Position numbers and translations under genes: made by a program. The notes below the pieces were generated by a model. The model was not told where the DNA came from. It saw only the letters and a program-made list of their open reading frames with translations, and did not search any database. From an uncultured Gammaproteobacteria bacterium (GTDB taxonomy: Bacteria; Patescibacteriota; Microgenomatia; UBA10105; UBA927): a stretch of DNA of 64,000 bases. The stretch spans positions 15,290 to 79,289 of the forward strand of contig CAZGOA010000005.1 of assembly GCA_964527425.1 (NCBI GenBank), given 5' to 3'. Positions 51,209 to 61,627 of the stretch are shown here, piece by piece; position 1 is the stretch's first letter; every line of letters begins with the position of its first letter.

Positions 51209-53140
51209 ATGATTATTGTTAAGCGTTCACAAAATAATCCACTTTTAACCGCAAACAAAAAAAACAGCTGGGAAGCTGAGGCTGCGTTTAATGGATCAAT
51301 CATTAAAGATGGAGATCACTACAGATTACTCTATCGTGCATTATCTGTCGAACAACTATATGAAGGTGTACGACTCCAACAATCAACAATTGGACTTGCG
51401 GAATCAAATGATGGAGAAAATTTTTACAATAATCGACAATTTTTAGTTCCAGAACACGATTGGGAAAAATTCGGTTGCGAAGATCCTAGAGTTACCAAAT
51501 TTGAAGACAAATATTACATTTTTTATACTGCCATTTCAAACTGGCCACCAAATGCAGACGGTATTAAAGTAGCTGTAGCAATTACAGATGATTTTAATAG
51601 CGTTAAAGAAAAACATTTAGTAACTCCTTTTAATGCTAAAGCAATGACATTATTCCCTGAACGTATTAATGGAAAAATTGCAGTTATCTTAACAGTTAAC
51701 ACAGATAGACCACCCTCAAAAATATGCGTTGCCTATCTTGATGAGATTCATCAACTGTGGGACGAAACATTTTGGAAAGAATGGTATGAACGCCATGAGC
51801 AATATGAAATTAAAATTACCCAAACTGATCAAGATCATATGGAGGTTGGTTCTCAGCCAGTTAGGACTGATGAAGGTTGGATATTAGTATTCTGCTATAT
51901 CGAAAATTACTTTAATGAACACAGAATTTTTAGAATTGACGCATTGCTGCTCGATTTACACAATCCACAGGAGTTAATCGGTCAAACGCTGGATCCATTA
52001 CTCGTTCCAGAAGAACATTATGAACTCTACGGAATGGTACCAAATGTAATTTTTCCATCAGGAGCGCTTATCGATGGTGAAAAATTCTATATATATTACA
52101 GCGGAACAGACACTAATGTGTCTCGAGCTAGTGTTACACTCAATGATTTACTTTTTGAACTCAAATCAAATCCTGCCGTCAATCCAGAAAGAAAACATCC
52201 AGAACTATTAGTCAGGTTCGATGGTAATCCCATTATCTCACCAATAGAAGAACACTCGTGGGAATCTAAATATACTTTCAATGTGGGTGCCATTTATGCT
52301 GGAGACAAATTTCATATCATTTACAGAGCAATGGGAGATGATGATACATCTGTATTTGGATATGCAGTCTCCTCAGATGGACTACACATAGATGAACGGT
52401 TGCCAGATCCAGTCTATGTCCCTCGAGAACCATTTGAACAAAAATATCATCCAGGATTTTCTGGATGTGAAGATCCACGTTTAACGAGAATAGACGACAC
52501 TATTTATATGAACTACACTGCGTATGATGGGAATAATCCTCCGAGGATTGCATTATCTACTATCGCTGTTGATGACTTCCTTAAACGAAATTGGAACTGG
52601 TCGAAGCCACGTCTAATATCGGCACCAAGCATTGATGATAAGGATAGTTGCGTAGTCTCTGAAAAAATCAATGATAGTTACGTTATTTTTCATCGACTTC
52701 CACCTTGTATCTGGGTAGATATGGTGAGTGATTTAAATTTTGGTGACAATAGATGGCTTGGTGGACATCCAGTAATGGGGCCAAGAGTTAATGCATGGGA
52801 TGATCTCAAAATAGGACTCAATGGCCCTCCAGAAAAAACAGAAGATGGATGGCTGCTTTTATATCATGGCGTCTCAAAAAGAGATCATAAATACAGAATG
52901 GGGGCAGCACTTCTTGATTTAAACAATCCACTAAAAGTATTAGCTCGATTACAAAATCCTATTTTTGAACCACTTGCATGGTATGAAAACGAAGGATATA
53001 GACATGGCACGGTATTTTCTAACGGTCAAATTATTAAAGATGGAATATTATATGTCTATTATGGTGGAGCAGACAAATACACGGGGGTATGCACCGCTCC
53101 AGTTAAAACAATACTCTCAGCTCTAAAGAAAGGCATGTAA
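51209..53140 (+). CDS. Tandem GH130-family glycoside phosphorylase/hydrolase (two GH130 beta-propeller domains fused)
   Basis: 643 aa. Two repeats, each with a GCEDPR motif (FGCEDPRVTKFEDKYYIFYTA and FSGCEDPRLTRIDDTIYMNYTAYDG) and a LFPERINGK-type segment as in GH130 (DUF377). Confidence 0.6.
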   Translation: MIIVKRSQNNPLLTANKKNSWEAEAAFNGSIIKDGDHYRLLYRALSVEQLYEGVRLQQSTIGLAESNDGENFYNNRQFLVPEHDWEKFGCEDPRVTKFEDKYYIFYTAISNWPPNADGIKVAVAITDDFNSVKEKHLVTPFNAKAMTLFPERINGKIAVILTVNTDRPPSKICVAYLDEIHQLWDETFWKEWYERHEQYEIKITQTDQDHMEVGSQPVRTDEGWILVFCYIENYFNEHRIFRIDALLLDLHNPQELIGQTLDPLLVPEEHYELYGMVPNVIFPSGALIDGEKFYIYYSGTDTNVSRASVTLNDLLFELKSNPAVNPERKHPELLVRFDGNPIISPIEEHSWESKYTFNVGAIYAGDKFHIIYRAMGDDDTSVFGYAVSSDGLHIDERLPDPVYVPREPFEQKYHPGFSGCEDPRLTRIDDTIYMNYTAYDGNNPPRIALSTIAVDDFLKRNWNWSKPRLISAPSIDDKDSCVVSEKINDSYVIFHRLPPCIWVDMVSDLNFGDNRWLGGHPVMGPRVNAWDDLKIGLNGPPEKTEDGWLLLYHGVSKRDHKYRMGAALLDLNNPLKVLARLQNPIFEPLAWYENEGYRHGTVFSNGQIIKDGILYVYYGGADKYTGVCTAPVKTILSALKKGM

Positions 53141-53150
53141 TTTACCATTC

Positions 53151-54044
53151 ATGTCAAAATCAATACCTATTACTGCTCTTGTTCAATTAAGCAGATACCA
53201 AGAATATATACAATTCGTAACTATAAATACGTTACTTGGCTTGTTAGTTACACCCACTTTAATCACTATCACAACCATTTATACGTTTATTCTTGTATTA
53301 ATCGCTAATCTTTTAGCTGTTTGCTCTTCATTTATGATAAATGATGTCGAAGATGCAGCTGATGATGCACAAAACCCAGATAAAAAAAATAGAAATCCAG
53401 TATCAGCAGGTAGAATAACCAAACAGCGAGCATGGATAATGACAGTATTAATTAGTTTAGGAAGTATTCTCTTTTACTTCTTGGTTAATCCATTAGTATT
53501 CCTTATAGGTACAATTAATGTAATTATTGGGTTACTCTATTCTTGGAACATTACACGTCTAAAAAAATTACCAATCATTGATGTACTTTCCCATAGCATG
53601 TTTTTAGGTGGACTATTATTTCTTACGTCTTATGCTTCATTTATTCCTAATCTGGAAGTTTCGATTAAATGGATATTACCAGTTTTATTTATCTCAGCAA
53701 TAAGTGCTCGTGGTGAACTTGTCAATGAATTACGAGATTTAAAATATGATAAAAAAGCAGGACTCAATCACACAGCAGTGGTTATAGGACCAGCACTAGC
53801 AACACCTCTCATGCATGGCTTTGGACTATTGGGATTTATTACTTTTATGATTAGTATCCTATTCGGTATTATTCCTTTGTGGTTACTACCAACTATCATC
53901 ATGTTTTTTGGGATTAGTTATACATATATGACTATATTTCCAACTGCTAATTCCCCAAAAAATCGCGGAGATCTTTTCAATGATGCCGGATTACTAAGTA
54001 TTCTCCTCGCTCTTATCAGTTGGTTAATAGTAAAAAGCTACTAG
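53151..54044 (+). CDS. UbiA-family aromatic prenyltransferase membrane protein
   Basis: 297 aa with 8-9 TM helices. First Asp-rich motif NDVEDAADDAQN. Confidence 0.7.
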   Translation: MSKSIPITALVQLSRYQEYIQFVTINTLLGLLVTPTLITITTIYTFILVLIANLLAVCSSFMINDVEDAADDAQNPDKKNRNPVSAGRITKQRAWIMTVLISLGSILFYFLVNPLVFLIGTINVIIGLLYSWNITRLKKLPIIDVLSHSMFLGGLLFLTSYASFIPNLEVSIKWILPVLFISAISARGELVNELRDLKYDKKAGLNHTAVVIGPALATPLMHGFGLLGFITFMISILFGIIPLWLLPTIIMFFGISYTYMTIFPTANSPKNRGDLFNDAGLLSILLALISWLIVKSY

Positions 54045-54091
54045 CCACTTTCAATCTTTATAAATTCTTGCGATTTCGCTACTATACACCT

Positions 54092-55294
54092 ATGAAATAC
54101 CAGCCATCAGACATAATTCTAGAGAAATACGCTAAAGTTCTTATTGATTTTGCCTTAGGTGGAGGAATTGGAATTAAACCTAAAGAAACAGTGTTCCTTC
54201 AAGTTCCTGAATGCGCTAAACCAATTTTAATCCATTTGCGACGCGCTGTTTTAAAATCAGGTGGCTACCCGCTAATTCAATATATCCCAGATGACATTAG
54301 TCGAGAATTTTTTGAATTGGCAAATGAAGATCAACTCTCCTATTTTCCAGATAAACTCCTTAAAGGTCGAGTTGATGAAGTCGACCATTTTGTTAGTATT
54401 CTTGCAGAAACTGACAAACACGAATTAGAAGGAATAAATCCTGAAAAATTAATGAGTTACCAAAAATCGTTTATGCCCTATAAACAATGGCGGGATCAAA
54501 AAGAAAATGCTGGCAAACTAACCTGGACATTGGCACTCTACGGAACTGAACCTATGGCAAAAGAAGTTGATATGACACTGAAAGAATACTGGAATCAAAT
54601 TATTGCAGCCTGCTATTTAGATGATCCAAATCCTATTGATACCTGGAAGAAAACTGCACAAGAAGTAGAACGACTTAAAAATACCCTCAATGCATTACAA
54701 ATTGAATCCTTACATATCGAAGCTAAGGGTACAGATATTATTGTTGGTTTAGGGAAGGGGCGCAAATGGATGGGAGGATCAGGCAGAAATATTCCCAGTT
54801 TTGAAGTTTTTATTTCACCAGATGCAAGAAAAACAGAAGGTAAGATTACCTTTACTGAACCACTCTATGGATATGGCAATTTAATCAAAGATGTATATTT
54901 AGAATTCAAAAAAGGCAAAGTTGTAAGAGCAAGTGCTAAAAAGGGTGAAGAGGTTATTCTAGAAATGCTAAAAGTTGAAAATGCTGACCGCATTGGAGAA
55001 TTCTCACTAACAGATAAACGACTATCGCGAATCACTAAATTTATGGGAGAAACATTATTTGATGAAAATGTAGGGGGAGAATTTGGAAACACTCATTTGG
55101 CTTTAGGTAGTGCATACAAAGATTCCTACCCAGGAGATCCAACAGAAGTAACAGAAGCCGGATGGAAAGAATTAGGCTATAACGAATCAGTTATCCATAC
55201 AGATATTGTTGCAACTTCAAAAAGAACTGTAACAGCAACATTACCAAGTGGCCAAAAAAAAGTAATTTATAAAGACGGTGAATTTTTAATATAA
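54092..55294 (+). CDS. Aminopeptidase, M29 family (AmpS/PepS/aminopeptidase T-like)
   Basis: M29 N-terminal region (MKYQPSDIILEKYAKVLIDFALGGGIGIKPKE) and C-terminal metal-binding region. The ORF track start at 54020 is probably an upstream extension. Confidence 0.72.
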   Translation: MKYQPSDIILEKYAKVLIDFALGGGIGIKPKETVFLQVPECAKPILIHLRRAVLKSGGYPLIQYIPDDISREFFELANEDQLSYFPDKLLKGRVDEVDHFVSILAETDKHELEGINPEKLMSYQKSFMPYKQWRDQKENAGKLTWTLALYGTEPMAKEVDMTLKEYWNQIIAACYLDDPNPIDTWKKTAQEVERLKNTLNALQIESLHIEAKGTDIIVGLGKGRKWMGGSGRNIPSFEVFISPDARKTEGKITFTEPLYGYGNLIKDVYLEFKKGKVVRASAKKGEEVILEMLKVENADRIGEFSLTDKRLSRITKFMGETLFDENVGGEFGNTHLALGSAYKDSYPGDPTEVTEAGWKELGYNESVIHTDIVATSKRTVTATLPSGQKKVIYKDGEFLI

Positions 55295-55628
55295 TAACTC
55301 TTGTAAACAAGTCAAAAAACTGTTGTTATATCTATAATGCCCAATAGATTTGAAACGTTTTTTTATAACATAGTTCTTGTTATAGTTGCAATCTCAGCAA
55401 TATACTTTCTTCCATTATCACGATTCGTTACTACAACACTATTACCTCTGGCTTTTTCAACTGATACCGTTAGCGCTTCTCAATAAAATAATTAACATTT
55501 CTACTCCTCAACTTATGATATTCACATATCCTCTATCTTGTTTGAATAAGTTTCTACTCCTCTATTTTGATCTTTTGCAGTAAAAGCTCCTTAAATAATT
55601 TAGTTTAAGTCTTAAAGCAATATTTGCC

Positions 55629-57068
55629 CTAATCTATCTCATACACCTTAATACCTTTTTTCTTACCCAGCAAAGCAGAAATAAGAATCTTATATGTATC
55701 AAAATCAAATCGATATGGGACAGTACCTATAGTTTCAATATCATGTGTATCCTTCACGCTACCTAAATAACACCACTGATCAACAATAAAATATTCTTGT
55801 TTGTCATCCAGTTCTTCTTTAATAACAATTTTTCCTTTATACGGCCATCTCTTTAAACGAAGTGTTGCAAACGCTTGTTCAAACCGTAAATTATACAATT
55901 TGGTGTTTTCTTTCCCAACACAAGCACCTTTACATAATCCCAGCTGAGATGAAAAACATGCACCCTTTCTTTTTTCTAACCCCAAAAAAATCGGGCATAA
56001 GTGTTGTGATTCAACTAAAGATTGTAACAAATCCCTTGCCTGTTTTCTTGAACGACATAAAGCAAGAATTGATTGAAACGAAACATCTTCAAGTAATGTT
56101 TTTGGATCAAGAGTTTGAATATGTGCTGTATGAAATCCATTTTTATCTTCACCCTGACAAATAATAGTCATCGCTCTCGATTTTCTTAACTGTTGGTTAT
56201 AAATCGGTAATAACTCTTTTACTTTTGTAGACTCTAATAATAATGCACCGATTTCTCCAGCGGTTTGATCAACCTCTATATGACGCACGGCTTTATATAA
56301 CTTACTATCTGCAGCTTGACCACCACTTAGAGCAAAGTGAGACATTACTCTCTCCTTTATATTTATACTTTTACCCACATATAATGGACTGCCATCTTCA
56401 CCAAAGAACGTGTAGACACCAGGAGTTTTGGGAAGTTTATCCAATAGATCTTTAGATAAATAAGGTGGTAAAGATTGACGTTTCAATAATGAAGCTATCA
56501 CATTTGCAACTTTTTCTTCTCCATGGAAATCTATAGCCATCTCGTATAATTTCACTAGTACTCTTGCATCTTCAAAAGCCCTATGTCGTTTAGTAACATC
56601 AATCTTTAAGTTACTAATCAGATGTTCCAGTGAATAACTAGTAAATCCCGGGAATAATGCCCGTGCAAACCTTACCGTACATAATTTATCAATTTGGAAT
56701 TCAACTCCATATCGTTCAAACTCATACTTTAAAAATGAGTGATCAAAACGAGCATTATGAGCTACTAATATCGCGTCAGAAAATAAATCGAGCAATTCGT
56801 CTTTTATATCTCGAAAAGTAGGCGCACCTTCCAACTCATGTGATGTAATGCCAGTTAAAGTAGTTATAAACGGATCAAGTCGGATTTGAGGATCTATTAA
56901 TGTCTCATACTGTTTAGTGATTTTACCCTCCTCTAAACGCAACACTCCTACTTCAATCACTCGACCATATCTGGCACTTGTTCCTGTAGTTTCTACATCA
57001 ACAAATGTTAATACACTTGGTAAAGAACTCATGCTTAAAAAGCCTACCAGAAGACAAAAAAATTGCAA
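55629..57068 (-). CDS. DEDDh 3'-5' exonuclease (DnaQ-like) fused to a GIY-YIG nuclease domain (Cho/excinuclease-like)
   Basis: 479 aa. Exo I FVDVETTG, Exo II/III (HNARFDHSFL; HRAFEDA), then GIY-YIG (GVYTFFGEDGSPLYVGKSINIKERVMSHF). Confidence 0.75.
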   Translation of the reverse strand: MQFFCLLVGFLSMSSLPSVLTFVDVETTGTSARYGRVIEVGVLRLEEGKITKQYETLIDPQIRLDPFITTLTGITSHELEGAPTFRDIKDELLDLFSDAILVAHNARFDHSFLKYEFERYGVEFQIDKLCTVRFARALFPGFTSYSLEHLISNLKIDVTKRHRAFEDARVLVKLYEMAIDFHGEEKVANVIASLLKRQSLPPYLSKDLLDKLPKTPGVYTFFGEDGSPLYVGKSINIKERVMSHFALSGGQAADSKLYKAVRHIEVDQTAGEIGALLLESTKVKELLPIYNQQLRKSRAMTIICQGEDKNGFHTAHIQTLDPKTLLEDVSFQSILALCRSRKQARDLLQSLVESQHLCPIFLGLEKRKGACFSSQLGLCKGACVGKENTKLYNLRFEQAFATLRLKRWPYKGKIVIKEELDDKQEYFIVDQWCYLGSVKDTHDIETIGTVPYRFDFDTYKILISALLGKKKGIKVYEID

Positions 57069-57234
57069 GTTTTGATTAAATTTTTATAGTTAAAAACGAA
57101 TTCCACTCTATTCAATGGATTCCCAAGTGTACCCTAACTTATTCATTTTATTAAGATATTCTTTCAACTGATCATTCATATTACTGTACTATCAGAAGGA
57201 AATTAAAAGTATATTCGACTATTATGTTATCGTT

Positions 57235-58179
57235 ATGAAAAACATACTCGTTACCGGTGCATTTGGACAAATAGGTTCTGAGTTAGTACCGGCACTTCAA
57301 AAAAAATATGGAAAAGATCATGTCATAGCACTAGGCCATACCCATATACCTAAACAATTTGATGGAATAGTAGAAAAGGCTGATATTACGGACAATAAAA
57401 AACTTCTCAATATCATACAAAAATATAATATTGATACTATTTTTCATCTTGTATCGCTTCTCTCAGTAAAAGGCGAAGTTGATCCAATGGTCACCTGGGA
57501 TATTAACATGAACGGCTTGATTCATGTTCTGGAAGCCGCACGAATATATAAATTAAAAATATTCTGGCCAAGCTCAATTGCCGCTTTTGGACCGACAACA
57601 CCTCGTAAAAAAACTCCCCAACAGACTATTCTTGAACCCACCACAATGTACGGAGTAACGAAAGTTTCTGGTGAGCTACTTTGCCAGTATTATTATCAAA
57701 AATATGGAGTTGATGTTAGATCTTTACGGTATCCTGGACTAATAAGTTGGAAAACTCCACCAGGTGGAGGGACAACTGACTTTGCTGTAGCAATATTTTA
57801 TGATGGACTAAAAACAGGCCATTATGAGTGCTTCGTTCGTAAAGATACTATGTTGCCCATGATGTATATGGATGATGCTATCAAAGCAACAATACAAATT
57901 ATGCAAAAAGATCCCAAACAAATAAAAATTAGAACTAGCTATAATCTCGCAGCAATAAGCTTTACCGCTGAAGAATTAGCGAAAGAACTGAAAAAACATA
58001 TACCACTCACTGTGACATATAAACCAGACCATCGACAAAAAATTGCAGATTCATGGCCACAATCGATTAATGATTCACAAGCACGGAAAGACTGGGATTG
58101 GAAGCATGAATTCACACTTTCAAGTATGACAAAAGAAATGATTAAACACTTATCAAAAAAATTTACGGGAGAAAGGTAG
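57235..58179 (+). CDS. tdh: L-threonine 3-dehydrogenase, NAD-dependent epimerase/dehydratase (SDR extended) type
   Basis: 314 aa. Rossmann motif VTGAFGQIGSEL and YGVTK catalytic motif. Lies immediately upstream of kbl. Confidence 0.75.
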   Translation: MKNILVTGAFGQIGSELVPALQKKYGKDHVIALGHTHIPKQFDGIVEKADITDNKKLLNIIQKYNIDTIFHLVSLLSVKGEVDPMVTWDINMNGLIHVLEAARIYKLKIFWPSSIAAFGPTTPRKKTPQQTILEPTTMYGVTKVSGELLCQYYYQKYGVDVRSLRYPGLISWKTPPGGGTTDFAVAIFYDGLKTGHYECFVRKDTMLPMMYMDDAIKATIQIMQKDPKQIKIRTSYNLAAISFTAEELAKELKKHIPLTVTYKPDHRQKIADSWPQSINDSQARKDWDWKHEFTLSSMTKEMIKHLSKKFTGER

Positions 58180-58185
58180 AGACAT

Positions 58186-59424
58186 ATGGCCACAGTACAG
58201 TTTTTATCATCACTCGAAAAGGAAATAGCCAGAATTGATGAAGCTAAAACAACCAAACGTAAGGAACGAGTTATTGAACGTTTTACCGACACATCTTCAA
58301 AAAAGGCAATTATAAACAATAAAGAATATTATCTATTTAATTCCAATGATTATCTATCGTTGCGGTTTCATCCTGAAGTCAAAGAAGCGGAACACAAAGG
58401 AAGTCAGCAGTATGGTGCAGGTCCAGGTGCTGTGAGATTTATTTCAGGTACACTAAAAATTCATAAAGATCTCGAAAAAACAACAGCAAACTTTCACAAA
58501 CGAGATGATGCAATGATTTTTTCATCCGCGTTTGCTGCAAATTTGGCTGTAATGTATTGCCTTTCTCAAGGACTAACAAAAGATTCTCTCATAGATTCTA
58601 ATGTCCTCATTGTTTCCGATGCCCTCAATCACAGAAGCATTATTGATGGAGTACGATTAACAGGACTTCCCAAAGAACAGCGAGTTATTTTTGAACATAT
58701 GAATCCAGAAAGTTTAAAACAAATTCTTGAAGATCACCTCGGCAAAATAAAACGTGTAATTGTTGTAACTGATGGCGTTTTTAGTATGCTGGGAGAATTT
58801 CAAAAACTAAAAGCGATAAAAACGGTCATTAACCTATATGAAAAAAAATATGAGCAAGGTATATTACTCGTTGTTGACGATGCTCATGGAGTTGGCATTG
58901 CAGGTAAAACAGGCAGAGGTATAGAAGAAGTAGAAGGTGTTCAAGCTGACGTCTTAATAGGTACCTATGGCAAGGCCTTTGGAACTGATGGAGGATATGT
59001 AGTCTCAAATCAAACAATCATTGATTACCTTAGAGAATCATCTGCAACGTACATTTACTCTAATTCAATTGCACCTGCGACTGCAGCAGCAGCACAACGA
59101 TCTGTCCAATTATTAGACGAACCAGCTGGAAAAATATTATTAAAACAATCACGAATAAATACAGAATATTTTAAAAAACAACTCCCCAAAACTAATTTTT
59201 CCTTTGCAGCAGACTCAAACCATCCTATTCAACCAGTACTTATCGGAGATACTGCAAAAACTAAAGCATTAGTCGAATATTTATTTAAGCATAATATTAT
59301 TGCAACAAACATTAGCTATCCTGTAGTACCAAAAGGAAGAGACGAAATAAGAATCCAAATCTCGGCCACTCATACCGAAAAAGATATCAACTATCTAATT
59401 CAAATACTCAAGTCATATAAATAG
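58186..59424 (+). CDS. kbl: Glycine C-acetyltransferase (2-amino-3-ketobutyrate CoA ligase), PLP-dependent
   Basis: 412 aa alpha-oxoamine synthase (SDALNHRSIIDG...GTYGKAFG with a PLP lysine context). Pairing with tdh favours Kbl over BioF. Confidence 0.75.
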   Translation: MATVQFLSSLEKEIARIDEAKTTKRKERVIERFTDTSSKKAIINNKEYYLFNSNDYLSLRFHPEVKEAEHKGSQQYGAGPGAVRFISGTLKIHKDLEKTTANFHKRDDAMIFSSAFAANLAVMYCLSQGLTKDSLIDSNVLIVSDALNHRSIIDGVRLTGLPKEQRVIFEHMNPESLKQILEDHLGKIKRVIVVTDGVFSMLGEFQKLKAIKTVINLYEKKYEQGILLVVDDAHGVGIAGKTGRGIEEVEGVQADVLIGTYGKAFGTDGGYVVSNQTIIDYLRESSATYIYSNSIAPATAAAAQRSVQLLDEPAGKILLKQSRINTEYFKKQLPKTNFSFAADSNHPIQPVLIGDTAKTKALVEYLFKHNIIATNISYPVVPKGRDEIRIQISATHTEKDINYLIQILKSYK

Positions 59425-59447
59425 ATATTAGTTTCCCATAAGCCTAA

Positions 59448-59501
59448 CTTCCGACCCAGATTCGGATGTGTCTACCGCTCCCGGAGCGGAAATACTATAA
59501 G
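59448..59501. repeat. GC-rich palindromic hairpin element, copy 2 (degenerate first arm; second hairpin CCGCTCCCGGAGCGG; conserved GGAAATACTATAAG flank)
   Basis: Aligns end to end with copy 1 (CTTCCGA...CGGAAATACTATAAG). The second hairpin retains pairing through compensatory A>C / T>G changes. Confidence 0.65.
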
Positions 59502-59618
59502 TCTATAAAGAATTTCTACCCAACTCACGCTCAGAGAAATTTCTGCATCCTGATTGGAATACTCCACAGTCTCACAAGTTTTGGCCCTTTTTGACCAACG
59601 GCTATTACATAATAAACT

Positions 59619-60293
59619 CTAAATATTACTGTTTAATAAACTCCCGTTCCTCTTTAACCATAAACGATGCTGTTTATACGAAGGAGTATAACGTTCTACT
59701 AATCTCCAAAACCTATCTGAATGATTTTTTTCTTCAATATGAGCAAGTTCATGAATAACAACATAATTTAACACAATTAATGGAGCCATAACCAATCTCC
59801 AATTAAATTGTAGTTTATTATCATGAGTGCAGGATCCCCATTTGGATTTCGTATCAGAAAAATACACTTCTGAATAAGCTACATTCATTTGTTTTGCATT
59901 CTCTTTAATCCTTTGAGTTATTATCTTTTTCGCTTGCTGTTGATACCATGTTTTCAATTCTTTTTGTATACGAAATTCTAACACTTTAGGATAAAATAGT
60001 TCACTTTTGCCGATATGAATATTACTGTGCGCTCCTATTGAAAGATGATACTGATTACCTAAAAACATATACGTTTCTCCATTCACATATTGCTTCTTTG
60101 ATAAAACAGGTAACGTTTTTTGTTTTTTCAGCTTTTTTTCAATCCATTCTTGATGTTGAATAACAAATCGACGTATCAAAAAATTAGGCATTAATTTTGG
60201 TGCTCTCACTTTAATGATCCCATTAGGTAAAATAGTTATGCTTACAGAATTTCGAGCAGATTTAACGATGGTATAGTTTGGTATAGTTGACAT
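59619..60293 (-). CDS. YgjP-like metal-dependent hydrolase (DUF45/M48-like, HExxH)
   Basis: 224 aa. C-terminal VVIHELAHIEEKNHSDRFWRLVERYTP matches the YgjP/DUF45 signature. Confidence 0.7.
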   Translation of the reverse strand: MSTIPNYTIVKSARNSVSITILPNGIIKVRAPKLMPNFLIRRFVIQHQEWIEKKLKKQKTLPVLSKKQYVNGETYMFLGNQYHLSIGAHSNIHIGKSELFYPKVLEFRIQKELKTWYQQQAKKIITQRIKENAKQMNVAYSEVYFSDTKSKWGSCTHDNKLQFNWRLVMAPLIVLNYVVIHELAHIEEKNHSDRFWRLVERYTPSYKQHRLWLKRNGSLLNSNI

Positions 60294-60755
60294 ACACTCT
60301 AGTTCTTATCATTATAGTTGGTATATGGCACAACGTAATACAAAGCCAAAAAAGGAAAAAAAGAAACCCAAAAAGGGCAAAAAATAACCTTTTAAGCTAC
60401 ATTGTAAACAAAAAGAAACTATCACTACTGTGTTGGTTTCTTTTTTACTTCAATCGTATTACATAAAAAAAATGTAAATATACTTGAACAAATTATATCT
60501 ACAATGCGAAAACATTAGTACTCACCTATACCCTGCCAATATATTGAATCACAATAATTCACGATGCAGTAATAAAAACCACCCACCGGTTACAAGCAAT
60601 TAAAAGCAAAACACCTAAAGTTCACTAGTTTTGAATCAAATAAATAATAAAACTGATTGAATAAAATATTCTCTGAAATTCTATATGAAAAACTACAAAA
60701 AAGTACTTAAAAAACGCAATGCCTTATTATTGTCATTTATTTATCTCTATGTTTC

Positions 60756-61589
60756 TTATTTTTTAGTTGAGGCTCGAGCGATAATTATAAAACGCGAAGT
60801 GAAACCACCTAAATACCAGTCCACTTCTCTACCTTGATTCCAGATTCTTCTATCTATACATTCAAATCCATGATCTTCTAATGCTTTTAATTCACTATAT
60901 AATTTAGTTCTGTAATATGGCAAACTAACTATTTTACCAGCTTTTTCAAAGATGCTTCGGTACTTAAAGAAATCAAATTCATTAGTACTCCTTAACTCTC
61001 TAAATTCTCTTTTCTTCTCTCTATCATAAAAAAACCCGTGTCTTGGAATATAATCGTCACCTTCACTAAGAGATATTGTTTCTGGTTCATATACGCGGCA
61101 TATATATTGGTGACTCGTTTCGGCAGATGCCACAAGAAGCCAGCCGTTTTCTTTAATTACACGCCGCCATTCTGAATATGTACGCATTTTATCTCTGATA
61201 TGCGGTAAGGTATCTTTTGCATTAATTACATCAATACTTTGGTCAGAAATTGGAAGATGATGCATATCAGCAATTACAGAAATGCCCTGATTTAGTCTTA
61301 AAGCATTTTCATTAACATCTATATTAACCACTTTAACCCTATAGTTATTAAAATAGGAATATACAATATCGGCATATTCTCCAGTACCAGAACCAGCATC
61401 TAAAAAAGCATAGGGTTTTTGAGGTTCAAGAGAAAGTCGTTCAAAAAAAGGAAACAACACTTCTTCTCTATAATTATTCCGATAATGAAGGGTTTGAGAG
61501 TAAATCTCATGATGTCTATTTGGATCATTCCCATATCCCTTTTGTATAGAACGTAAATACTGATTAATAATGTCTTCAGTCTCAGACAT
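60756..61589 (-). CDS. Class I SAM-dependent methyltransferase
   Basis: 277 aa. Motif I LDAGSGTGEY and motif II-like VVNIDVN. Confidence 0.7.
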   Translation of the reverse strand: MSETEDIINQYLRSIQKGYGNDPNRHHEIYSQTLHYRNNYREEVLFPFFERLSLEPQKPYAFLDAGSGTGEYADIVYSYFNNYRVKVVNIDVNENALRLNQGISVIADMHHLPISDQSIDVINAKDTLPHIRDKMRTYSEWRRVIKENGWLLVASAETSHQYICRVYEPETISLSEGDDYIPRHGFFYDREKKREFRELRSTNEFDFFKYRSIFEKAGKIVSLPYYRTKLYSELKALEDHGFECIDRRIWNQGREVDWYLGGFTSRFIIIARASTKK

Positions 61590-61627
61590 TCGTATATTAT
61601 AGGTTTTATTTGCTTAAAATACGACTA

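Noticed and set aside
55386-55583. 65-aa ORF in the convergent intergenic gap
   Set aside because: It is hydrophobic, repetitive low-complexity sequence (LLLYFDLLQ) with no start context. It is probably non-coding.
60325-60384. 19-codon Lys-rich micro-ORF MAQRNTKPKKEKKKPKKGKK
   Set aside because: There is no Shine-Dalgarno sequence. AAA/AAG runs are expected by chance in A-rich intergenic DNA. It is too short to assess without conservation data.
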